Below are positions 31,500 through 41,480 of a DNA stretch of 64,000 nt, piece after piece. Numbering within the stretch: the first letter of the stretch is position 1; each line of letters starts with the position of its first letter. The position numbers and the translations under genes were made by a program. The notes below the pieces were generated by a model. That model worked only from the letters and a program-made list of their open reading frames with translations, made no database searches and was not told the origin of the DNA. Source of the stretch: an uncultured Methanoregulaceae archaeon (lineage in GTDB: Archaea; Halobacteriota; Methanomicrobia; Methanomicrobiales; Methanospirillaceae); contig CAVTTL010000001.1 in the NCBI GenBank assembly GCA_963737635.1, positions 1,664,001 through 1,728,000 on the forward strand. Reading direction: 5' to 3'.

Positions 31500-33484
31500 T
31501 TTTTATCCCCTCCTTTATCCTTCAGGGCATTTCCGGAACTCTTCGATGGCAGATAGTAATCTGAAAGGCTTTGACCCAAACAGAGATAATAAGGAATTTC
31601 TTTTCTGCTAATCTCCCAATTTGTAATATTTGTACCAAGTGCAGCAACCGCTTCCGCAACACCACGCATTTCATCAGACCATGCACTTTTTGGAGTGGAA
31701 TAATCATCCAGTTTACTCCGTGTTTTTTGAAAAATTTCTTTTAATTCATCCGGGCTGAGCTGGAGTCCTTTCAGCCATTTTAGTGCATTTGTCGAAACTC
31801 CTCGAGCCAGCTGGATGCGAACCAGTTTTCCAAAGAGGAGTCCCACGAGAAAAGCATACTGTTTTTCCTTGGTATCGAGTCCCTTTGCTTCACTGTTGAG
31901 AAACTCATTCAAAGACTTCAAACCCTCATGTTGTTCAAGGTATTTATCAACATAATTTTGTCCAGGATTCATTTTGATAACCTCTAATTCATGTAAGAAT
32001 AATTGCAGATGCATCATATTGGCGATGTCATTCTGGATTACATTGATCGGGGTGTAGTGATTTTCATTTGATGTGGCTCCCAGATAATCATACGATAATT
32101 TCGCCGAGAATTCTGCTAATAATGATTTGTGAGAATATTGATTTTTTAGAAAAATTGCAGTTACTAAATCAAGAGTATCGACAGAAGAAGCAACAAATGG
32201 TTTTCTTCCCATCCCCGTTTTTTGTTTGGCATATTTCGGATTTCCAAGAACCCATTTGACAATCGACAATTTTCCATCAAGAGGCTTAAATTTTTTTGAT
32301 TTCCAGGGATGCCCCTCCGGGTATTTATCATGAATCTTATTTACACTGTCAATAACCCGTGATATTTCTGATAACCTGGATGGAAGAATACTTGGAATAA
32401 CTTTATGAATATTTTCAACGCTTTGACCTCGGACGTCACCCATGATAAATGTTAAATTGGCAATCGCTTTGTTGTCCGCTAAATCGATTAACAGATTCTT
32501 TTCGGTTTTTTCTGCACCATTAATATTATTCATCACAATCCTCAGTGCAGAGGTAATAATGTCCAATCCTTCAGATTTATCATCGGTCTCAATAATAGAG
32601 GGAATGATCAATGTCTGGTGCCCTGAGATATTTTGGATCAATGAGTGGAGCACATGGAATTTGGCAGCATATAATGCCTCAGCGCACGGTTCGCATATTG
32701 GAAATGCTTTCGTGGAGTTTTTACTGTCCACCCCGGGAAAAAATCCGGGTTTATCTACGTTGCCTATGTTTAATCCAACCCCTGACAAGACATTTGGATA
32801 AAGAACAGCTTCGGCATCACATAAACTACATTTCTCTGGCAAATTCGTACTCTGTGCCATATTTGTCTGATACATTGCCTCACGCTTGGTTAACAGAGCT
32901 TCATTTAACAATTCCGGGATTTCTGCACAATATTTTCCGTTAAGTTTCACAGAAAAAATTCGAATACCGTCACTTTTTGCCCAGATAATGGTATCAATAA
33001 ATGACTTCTGTTGCAATTTTCCATCAGAAGTTAATTCCCCGATTTCCACATTTGAAGCCGTGAAAATTTTGAGAATATCTGCAAGCCATGAAACATGCAA
33101 CGAGTTGGATTTTCTTTTAAATTCTTCAATAGTTTTTGTAATTTTTTTGCCGACACTGCCTTTTTTGTCTTTAGTGATATCCTCTTTCCAAGTGGGAGTT
33201 GCATACGTTCCCTGTGATGCAGTTTTTAAAAATAGATATTTCCAACTATCAGATATTTCGATAATTTCCGTTTCAAATGAGACTTGTTCATGATCGAGAA
33301 CAAAAATTCCTATCTTATCCTCATTGATTGTCTCGAATTGTAATTTTCCATAATTCCCGTGGGCTATTGCTTTTTTCCGTTGTTCAAGAAAAGAATCAAC
33401 TGAGGTTAATGCGGTTGTATCAAAGTCGCCTCTGAACGTATCAACCATTTTTAAAATACCAATTTCCCGTATCGCTTCAATCAT
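31496..33484 (-). CDS. cas8b: Cas8b/Csh1 large subunit
   Basis: MIEAIREIG start, CSLC...DKPGF...FPICEPC zinc motif, C-terminal FLVGLLFGKL; first gene of the cas operon. Confidence 0.85.
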   Translation of the reverse strand: MIEAIREIGILKMVDTFRGDFDTTALTSVDSFLEQRKKAIAHGNYGKLQFETINEDKIGIFVLDHEQVSFETEIIEISDSWKYLFLKTASQGTYATPTWKEDITKDKKGSVGKKITKTIEEFKRKSNSLHVSWLADILKIFTASNVEIGELTSDGKLQQKSFIDTIIWAKSDGIRIFSVKLNGKYCAEIPELLNEALLTKREAMYQTNMAQSTNLPEKCSLCDAEAVLYPNVLSGVGLNIGNVDKPGFFPGVDSKNSTKAFPICEPCAEALYAAKFHVLHSLIQNISGHQTLIIPSIIETDDKSEGLDIITSALRIVMNNINGAEKTEKNLLIDLADNKAIANLTFIMGDVRGQSVENIHKVIPSILPSRLSEISRVIDSVNKIHDKYPEGHPWKSKKFKPLDGKLSIVKWVLGNPKYAKQKTGMGRKPFVASSVDTLDLVTAIFLKNQYSHKSLLAEFSAKLSYDYLGATSNENHYTPINVIQNDIANMMHLQLFLHELEVIKMNPGQNYVDKYLEQHEGLKSLNEFLNSEAKGLDTKEKQYAFLVGLLFGKLVRIQLARGVSTNALKWLKGLQLSPDELKEIFQKTRSKLDDYSTPKSAWSDEMRGVAEAVAALGTNITNWEISRKEIPYYLCLGQSLSDYYLPSKSSGNALKDKGGDKK

Positions 33485-34081
33485 GCAATCTGCCCGAGCC
33501 CAGCAAAAAATCATTCAAACCAAATGGCGTACAGAATCAATCCCCACATTTTTATTCAACACTCCCCTATTTACCTCTCCTTCTCATAAACCTAGCGACT
33601 CGCAACGTGAAAGTGACAGCCACAGTACTTTCTCATTTTTAGCCCGGAATAAAAACAATCTGGTTTTGATGAGTCAGAGGAGTTCCCGATCTGTACTCCT
33701 TCCGGAGAAAATCCTCCACAGACCCCTTAGCTATTAGAATCGATGCACAACATCATTTGTCGCTGAAACGGTCGAGATCGCAAGACCGTACTGACTGGTA
33801 AGGGAACCCACGCCCCTCCTCGTAAATCTCTTGTGGAGATCGAATCGGGGAATGTGCATTCTCTTTTGAGTCTCTATCAACTGCTTGTGCAGCCCCGTGT
33901 CCGGTATCGGCGATTTTGCCGACTGTTCCCTTTTGATTACCAGTAATTTTGTTTTCACCACCCAATCTCATATAAGATTTAATCCTCTATCAGGATCTGT
34001 CGGTTTGCGTCGTCTAGACGTTAAATCGTCAAAATCGATGGATCAGGACGATCCCGTCGAGTTCAGATCGCCTTCTGATCC

Positions 34082-35407
34082 TTACATCCCTGCCCCGGCA
34101 AGGAGTTCATCGACCCGCCGGTTGATCTTTGTCAGGAGTTCCTCATCGGTCAGCACGCCTTCCGGTGGGTCAACGACCTTTCGGGTCTCGATCGGGACGT
34201 CGTCCATACGATAGGCACAACCGGCTGCCTCAATCCCTACCATTGCTACCGGGATGTGGATATCGGATATCTCGGTCGTGCAGTTGATATGCGGGTCTAT
34301 GGTGACCGTCGGCTTCTTGGAACTGCTGATCATCGCATCGACCGGGAAATGCGCACCGGGGTCGGTCGCGATATAGAGGCAGGCTTCGACCTCATTGCGG
34401 GTGAGGAGATCGATCGAGGTCGTCTCACCGGTCTGGTGGCGGGCCTGGTCCCTCCGTGAGAGGTCTACGGCATACGGGAATCCATACTGCCAGCCGAGAA
34501 CCTGGCCGGAACCGGCGACATTCCACGGGAGCCTCATGGCCATGATTGAGAATTTCGTATAGTTGTTGAGGTCATAGGCAAGGCTGATCGCCATATCGAC
34601 GTTATGGTTCCTGCCAAGAGACTGCGTCAGACCCATCCCAAAGAAGATGATACCAAACTTGGCAGATTTCAGGGTTTCCGCGACTTCATAGATCTTCTCT
34701 TTGGGGACACCCCCGACGTTATCCGGAAGGGCCTCACACCGGACTGCGCTCCTGAACGCATTCAACAATTCGTAATCGTATCCCTGCTCGATCTGGATGA
34801 ACGTATCGGCGCACCGGGCGGTATCGGTATACCGGCAGTCAACACAGATGGTCTTCCGGCCTTTGTGCCCCTTGACCGTGAAGAAACCCCGCGGGAAGAT
34901 CGAATACCGTGACATGTGCCGGGGGTGGGAATGTGCCGGGTTGCAGCCCCAGAAGATGACGCAGTCCGCACGGTTCTTGACCTCGCCAAGGGTACAGCTC
35001 GGGAGCCCGACATCCTCGATCGCCATAAGGGATGGGCCGTGGCAGATCGTTGCGCAATTGTCAACAATACCGCCAACCTTTTCTGCAATATCGTGGCCGA
35101 TGCTCATGGCCTGGCAGCTGGTGGACCCCCAACCGTACATGAGCGTCTTTCGAGACTTCACCAGCATCTGTGCGGTCCAGTCAACGGCCTCATCATAGGA
35201 GATCTCCTTGTAGGTCCCATCAGCCTGGCGCATTCGCGGGAACCTGATCCGGTCCGGGAGCGCCTGGTGGTTGAACTTCTCTGACCCGATAATACAGGCG
35301 TTCTTAACTCCGAGGATCGTTTTGTTGTCATCGGAGACCGTAACACTGATATCATCGCACAGGGCTCCGCAGACAGGACAAACAACATCGGTCACAACTT
35401 TCGGCAT
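34082..35407 (-). CDS. fwdB: Formylmethanofuran dehydrogenase subunit B (orphan copy)
   Basis: CPVCGALCDD, ICHGPS, CTLGEVKNRAD, WGCNPAHSHPRHMSRYS, YRMDDVP. Confidence 0.92.
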   Translation of the reverse strand: MPKVVTDVVCPVCGALCDDISVTVSDDNKTILGVKNACIIGSEKFNHQALPDRIRFPRMRQADGTYKEISYDEAVDWTAQMLVKSRKTLMYGWGSTSCQAMSIGHDIAEKVGGIVDNCATICHGPSLMAIEDVGLPSCTLGEVKNRADCVIFWGCNPAHSHPRHMSRYSIFPRGFFTVKGHKGRKTICVDCRYTDTARCADTFIQIEQGYDYELLNAFRSAVRCEALPDNVGGVPKEKIYEVAETLKSAKFGIIFFGMGLTQSLGRNHNVDMAISLAYDLNNYTKFSIMAMRLPWNVAGSGQVLGWQYGFPYAVDLSRRDQARHQTGETTSIDLLTRNEVEACLYIATDPGAHFPVDAMISSSKKPTVTIDPHINCTTEISDIHIPVAMVGIEAAGCAYRMDDVPIETRKVVDPPEGVLTDEELLTKINRRVDELLAGAGM

Positions 35408-35597
35408 CGGATATCACTTCCTTGACGGTCGCACAGAATCTTGGGGAACATTCCTCCCCATGATCTAACAGAATCTGATCGTACGGGCGACATAAATACT
35501 TTCTTTTAATTCTCACCAAATGTAAAACGAAAAATGTTAAAAAAGGCCTGATACCGTGCCGAAAACATCACCGGTGCGACGTCTGCGGCTTCGGAAA

Positions 35598-36638
35598 TCA
35601 GGAATCCAGTTCCGCAACCCACTCCCGGGTTGTCATCACCGTTGAAAATCGCATTGCCTGGGTCACGCAGATCGCCCGGTGCAGTTCTTCTGCCGTGACG
35701 GTTCCCGCGGTATTGGTAATATCGAGCGTCCCGGTCGCATCGGAAATGAACTGTACGGCATACCCCCGGTGGAAAGCCTGCCGGGCCGTGGTGTCGCAGC
35801 ACATCTGGGTCATGTACCCGACAATCGTGACCTTGGTGATCCCATGCTCCACAAGCCACGGGTCAAGACCGGTGCCGGTGAAACTACACGGCAGGGTCTT
35901 TTCAATAAGGACGTCAAAGGGGCGGTTTTTGATCTCATCGAGCAGCTCACACCCGTGCGTACCGATCCGGAATGTCTTTGCCTCCGGCGCGGCATTCGAA
36001 TGCCGGATAACAACGATGGGAATGTGGTGGTCACGGGCGGCATCCATAATCGAAAAAATATTTTCAAGGCTGCCTTCCGGGTAGGTCACCGGAAGGTTGC
36101 CGGTGAAATACTCGTTCTGGACATCGATCACGAGAACCGCCTCCCGGACTGCCGGAGCCGTATCCACCGCGGCAAACACATCACGGCTAATCGTCATCCG
36201 GTAGAACTCAACGGGTTTTCCCTGGACCTCTTCCGTGCATTCGCCCACGGTCTGGAACCCAAGCGTTGTGTAGAGCATCTGTGCCCGGAAATTGGTCTTG
36301 CGCACGATAAGCCGGATCGACCGGATCTCCGGATGGGAAAAACCGCGCCGGAGCGTGAGGAGTGCAATTTCTTTTCCGAGACCTTTGCCGACCCGTTCCG
36401 GGTGTAGCGCGATCCGGAACTCGGCACAGCCATCAGCTTCACCTGAGAGCATGGAGAAGCCAACGATTTTCCCGGCATCCTCGGCGACGAATATCTCGGT
36501 TCCCGCTTTACCAACGTACTCATCGAGCCAGCCGCTGTCACGCAGGGCATAATCAAGCCCGGAAAATTCCGGGGGATACGGAGGCCATGATTTGATAACA
36601 CTGATATCAGACTCATTCAAGGGACGCAGGGAAATCAT
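35598..36638 (-). CDS. GNAT acetyltransferase fused to an isochorismatase-family cysteine hydrolase
   Basis: N-terminal GNAT ([19 protein letters not shown]); C-terminal [24 protein letters not shown]. Confidence 0.85.
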   Translation of the reverse strand: MISLRPLNESDISVIKSWPPYPPEFSGLDYALRDSGWLDEYVGKAGTEIFVAEDAGKIVGFSMLSGEADGCAEFRIALHPERVGKGLGKEIALLTLRRGFSHPEIRSIRLIVRKTNFRAQMLYTTLGFQTVGECTEEVQGKPVEFYRMTISRDVFAAVDTAPAVREAVLVIDVQNEYFTGNLPVTYPEGSLENIFSIMDAARDHHIPIVVIRHSNAAPEAKTFRIGTHGCELLDEIKNRPFDVLIEKTLPCSFTGTGLDPWLVEHGITKVTIVGYMTQMCCDTTARQAFHRGYAVQFISDATGTLDITNTAGTVTAEELHRAICVTQAMRFSTVMTTREWVAELDS

Positions 36639-36901
36639 GCAATGGTATTTTGGGCGGGGATGGATGAAAAGGGGTGCTGTTGTATTCGCGGTTGATGTGA
36701 CTGTAGTAACAAAATGAGACCCCGGCTCCAGGTGAAAATCTCAAGAAGAAAATGATATCATCAGGCAAAAGGTAAAGGAAAAGATAGGGGGAGCCACGAA
36801 CGGACTCATCTGGATCGATGGTCACATCCTGTCGATGAAAAGAGCAGGAACGTGAGCTCCCGTTAATTACACCCGATATTATTGGAGTTTGAAGAGGTAT
36901 C

Positions 36902-37492
36902 ATGTTGAACACTGAAGACACCAACAGGAACAATATTTTCGTTATGGATCATACCGCCAACCCGGCACCGCTCGGGCTCTGCGCATTTGGGACGACTACT
37001 ATACTCCTGAGCCTCTGGAATGCCGGTATAATCGGTATTTCCAGTCCGATTCTTGCCATGGCAATATTTTATGGCGGCATCGCACAGATCATTGCCGGGC
37101 TCATGGAATGGAAGAAGAACAATGATTTCGGGTTTTTGACCTTTGTGAGTTTCGGGTTCTTCTGGATGACCTTTGCCGGCGTCCTGATGCTTCCGGTTCT
37201 TGGCCTTGCAGCAGCCCCAAAGCCAGTCGACCTCGCTGCGTTTCTTGCGGTCTGGGGAATAGTCGCGCTTGGTCTCTTGGTCTGTACCCTCAAGATGCAC
37301 CGGAGCCTCCAGGTGACCGTCCTCGCGGTCTTCCTTTTAATTGTCATCCTTGTTGCCGCAGAGCTGACGGGAAGCGGCCTCATCAAACTGGCTGGCGGCG
37401 TTATGGGAATTATTGCCGGGGGTCTTGCCCTCTATATCGGTATAGGCCAGGTTGTTAATGAAGTCCATAACCGGAAAGTATTTCCGGTGTGA
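36902..37492 (+). CDS. satP: Acetate/succinate uptake transporter (GPR1/FUN34/YaaH family)
   Basis: ANPAPLGL signature, FYGGIAQ, SFGFFW; ATG 36944 is an alternative start. Confidence 0.9.
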   Translation: MLNTEDTNRNNIFVMDHTANPAPLGLCAFGTTTILLSLWNAGIIGISSPILAMAIFYGGIAQIIAGLMEWKKNNDFGFLTFVSFGFFWMTFAGVLMLPVLGLAAAPKPVDLAAFLAVWGIVALGLLVCTLKMHRSLQVTVLAVFLLIVILVAAELTGSGLIKLAGGVMGIIAGGLALYIGIGQVVNEVHNRKVFPV

Positions 37493-37584
37493 TAGTTCTT
37501 CCCGGAACCTGCTTCTTTTTTCGAGAATAAGTCATGAACTCTCGGTGGGGTTGCATTTTCTATTGACACACTAACTCTCATTAT

Positions 37585-37621
37585 GTTCATTTTTAGTGAA
37601 CCATTGTTGTTTAGTGAACAT
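37585..37621. promoter_or_regulatory. Putative tandem transcription-factor operator
   Basis: GTTCA-N-TGAAC inverted repeat and a duplicated TTTAGTGAAC in intergenic DNA. Confidence 0.35.
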
Positions 37622-37862
37622 CACGTCTCATATTCAGATGTCCTGGCACATGTCACGATGTCTGCCGGATATCCTCACGATCTTCTTATGCTATAAAGAC
37701 TGCCGTCTCTATACCGAGAGTGCGTGTTAGACTTTACTATAATATCCGGCCTGATTCGGGATCTTCAATCTTTCTAAAGGCATCTTTTCCAAGACCTTCC
37801 TGTTCCGGCTGTCGACAGTCACTTAAATCCACGATGACCATACCTAATACAGAAGGGGAAAC

Positions 37863-38728
37863 ATGGCGAGACTTGCGGTGATGGGGGTCGGGAGGATCGG
37901 GGGAGAAGTCGCGTCCCTCGCTGCCGTTCTGGGTCTCGTGGACGAGCTGGTGCTGTACGATGAGAGTGCGACATTACTCAAGGCCCAGACACTCGATATC
38001 CAGCATACCGGCCTCCCGGTAACCATATCTTCCGAAATCCGGGATATCCGGGACGCCGACGTCTGCATCTTTGCGGCAGGTACACCCCGCACACCCGATG
38101 TGAAGACCCGGGCAGATCTCCTCACGGCGAATCTTCCGGTGGCCCGGGAGTGTGTCAGCCTGCTTGACGGTTTTTCCGGCATTCTTATTACGATAACCAA
38201 TCCCATGGACGTGAACAATTTCCTCCTGCACCACCTCACCGGTCTACCCCGCGAACGGTGCATCGGTTTTGGCGGCCAGCTCGACAGCGCACGGTTCGCG
38301 CTTGCCCTCAAACAGAGAAACCTGACGGGTGACGCGGTTGTCCTCGGGGATCATGGCGAGCATCAGGTCCCGGTCTTTTCCCGGCTCCGCAACCGGTGAA
38401 TGAAGACAAGCGTGAAGAGATCCTTCGTGAACTTAAGGGGGCAAGTATGGAAGTGATCAAAGGAAAAGGAGGTACCGTCTTTGGCCCGGCATACCATGTC
38501 GCCTCCCTTATCCGGATGATTCTTTCCGATACCCGGGATACGGTTCCCTGTTCGGCGGTGCTCGAGGGAGAGTACGGCTTCTCCGGGTGTTCGCTCGGTG
38601 TCCCGGTCCGGATCGGGCGTGAAGGCATCAGGGAGATTGTCCCGTGGGATCTCGACTCCTGGGAACAGGCAGGGATGGAACAGGCCGCGGCATTTGTCCG
38701 CGATCTCTGTCGCACGGTGGTGCCATAA
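37863..38728 (+). CDS. mdh: Malate/lactate dehydrogenase family protein (frameshift near 38390)
   Basis: GVGRIG, AGTPR...TRADLL, ITNPMD, LDSARF, GDHGE, GTVFGPA. Confidence 0.85.
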
Positions 38729-38731
38729 ACC

Positions 38732-41196
38732 ATGCCCGTACTGGCCGTGAGATCCTCAGAAATACTGACCACTACCCGTACCAGTGAGGAATCAGGTGCA
38801 GTAACGATCGCCATCAACCAGGTGGAGTACAGCAATTCTCCCGACGGGCCCACCATTCATGTCTTCGGGAGGGACATGGGCGGTATCGCCCACCGGATTG
38901 ACGTCACCGGCTTCCTGCCGTATTTTTATGTCCCGGAGGAACAGGTGGGACAGGCGCATCCTTCGCAGGTGACTGTTGAGCCGGATACCATCTACCGCTC
39001 GATCCGGGGGGAGAAACTCAAACGGCTGTATACGGTCCGTCCCGGTGATGTCCGGGACGTACGGGAGCGGTACCGGCATTTCGAGGCCGATATTCCCTTT
39101 GCGACGCGGTTTATGATCGACTCCGGCCTTACCGGGGCAGTCACCACCCCATCGACGACGGTGGATTACCACGATCTGGTACCTGCCGAAGCAGATGCAC
39201 CGGCGCGGGTCTGCACGATCGATATTGAATGCGAGGACGAACGCGGCTTTCCGGATACCTCGCGGGATGCCATCATCTGCATTACCTGCCATGATTCGTT
39301 CGATAACGACTATACCACCTTCCTTTTCGGCGGGGCCGCCATGCCAGCCGAGATCACCGCCAAAGGACAAGAAGGCGGCCTGAAAAACGGGTGTTTCCGG
39401 AAAAGTGTCCATACCCTCTCTACCTACGCGGACGAGATCTCCATGCTCAAGGCGTTTGGCGCGTATATCGCCGGGCGCGATCCCGACATCCTCACGGGAT
39501 GGAACTTTGTCGATTTCGATATGCCGTACATCACCGGACGGATGGAGAAACTGGGGCTCTCGCCGGTTATGCTCGCCCGGCTCCCCGGTATGACCGAGAG
39601 AAATGCGCTTCGCGGCAGGGCACTCTTCGATCTTCTCACCGGTTACAAGAAGATGCATTCGACTTTAAAGGAATCTTACCGTCTTGACGCCGTAGCCCAG
39701 GAAGAGATCGGCGAGTGCAAGGTGCGGTACACCGGCACGGTCTCCGATCTCTGGAAAAAACAGCCTGCCCTCCTTGTCGAATACAACTTTAAGGATGTCG
39801 AGCTCTGCGTCGCGATCAACAAGAAAGACAATATTGTTGGCTTTTACCGGGAGATCGCCCGCTACGTCGGCTGCCCCCTCGATAAGACGCTGAATTCGTC
39901 GAGTGTGATCGATGTCTATATCCTGCGAAAGGCCCACGGCGAGTATATCCTTCCCTCGAAAGGCTTTGCAAACGCCGAGGAGTTCGAAGGCGCAACCGTC
40001 TTTGAGCCCAGCAGGGGCGTACGCGAGAATGTCATCGTGCTCGACCTCAAATCGCTTTATCCTATGGCGATGATGACGATCAACGCGTCGCCCGAGACCA
40101 AAGACCCGGACGGGGAGCTCAAGGCACCAAACGGTATCCGGTTCAGGAAACAGCCCGACGGGCTGACCCGGAGCATCCTCTCCGAATTACTCAAGGAGCG
40201 GGACACGAAAAAGAACCTCCGGAATACCTTTCCCTATGGCTCGCCGCAGTATCTCCTCTACGATATGCAACAGAATGTCCTCAAAGTGATCATGAACACC
40301 TACTACGGGGTGTCGGGGTACACCCGGTTCAGGCTCTTTGACCGGGAGATCGGGGCTGCGGTTACCTCTGTGGGCAGGGCTATCATCGAACACACCCGGC
40401 GGATCATCGAGGAGCACGGGTACAAGGTCATCTATGGCGATACGGATTCCTGCATGGTGCAGCTCCCAGCGCTCGACCGGGAAAAGACGATCGAAACGGC
40501 ACGGGTACTGGAAAAACAGCTCAATGCGAGTTACCAGGAGTTTGCCCGCCGCGAGCTCAACGCCGAGACCCATTACTTCTCGATCAAATTCGAGAAGATC
40601 TACGAACGGTTTTTCCAGGCAGGTAAAAAGAAGCGGTACGCCGCCGGCTTGTCTGGAAGGAAGGCAAAGCCACTGACCAGATCGATATCGTCGGTTTTGA
40701 GATCCGCCGCAGCGATACCCCCCAGATCACCAAAATCGTGCAGACCAAAGTGATGGAGATGATCCTTGCGGGGACCGACTATGCGGAGATCAAGGCGTAC
40801 CTGGGTGGCATCATCACGCAGTACCGCGCCGGGACGTTTTCCCTGGATGAGATCGGCATTCCGGGGGGGATCGGCAAGTCCCTGGACGACTACGAGACCG
40901 ACGACGCGCAGGTCAGGGGCGCCCGGTACGCCAACCAGCACCTGCATACGGAGTTTGGGAAAGGCAGCAAGCCAAAGCGCATCTATATAAAAGCGGTAAC
41001 CGGGAAGTACCCCAAAACCGATGTGCTCTGTTTCGAATATGCCGATCAGGTCCCAAAAGAGTTTGTCCCTGACTGGGAACTGATGCTTGAAAAGACCATC
41101 GAACAGCCGATCTCCCGGATCATTGAAGCGCTGGGATGGTCGTGGAAGGATGTCGATCCCTCGCATACGACGCTCGCCCAATGGGGTTTTGGTTAA
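38732..41196 (+). CDS. polB: Family B DNA polymerase (frameshift near 40645)
   Basis: Exonuclease DIE, GWNFVDFD; polymerase DLKSLYP, KVIMNTYYG, YGDTDS, KKRYA. Confidence 0.95.
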
Positions 41197-41480
41197 CGTG
41201 CTGAAAAGCCTGCTCCTCTGAGGCCGGCAGTCATTTTTCAGATCAGGTGCAGCAACCGGCCCTGTGAACCGGTGCAATGACCCGGATCTCCCATTACTTT
41301 TGGGGATAGGTAAAAACACGGTAGTTTACGCACTCCCCGCGCAAATGCTGCTCTCATTATTTGTCTTTGGTCAATTGGGGACCAAAAAATATTAATGCCT
41401 ATTTGTGCAATGAGGAATCATAGACGGAGAAGAGCACGCCTTGGGTTTTCCACAAGGTTAGTAGTTGACGGTGTAAATCG

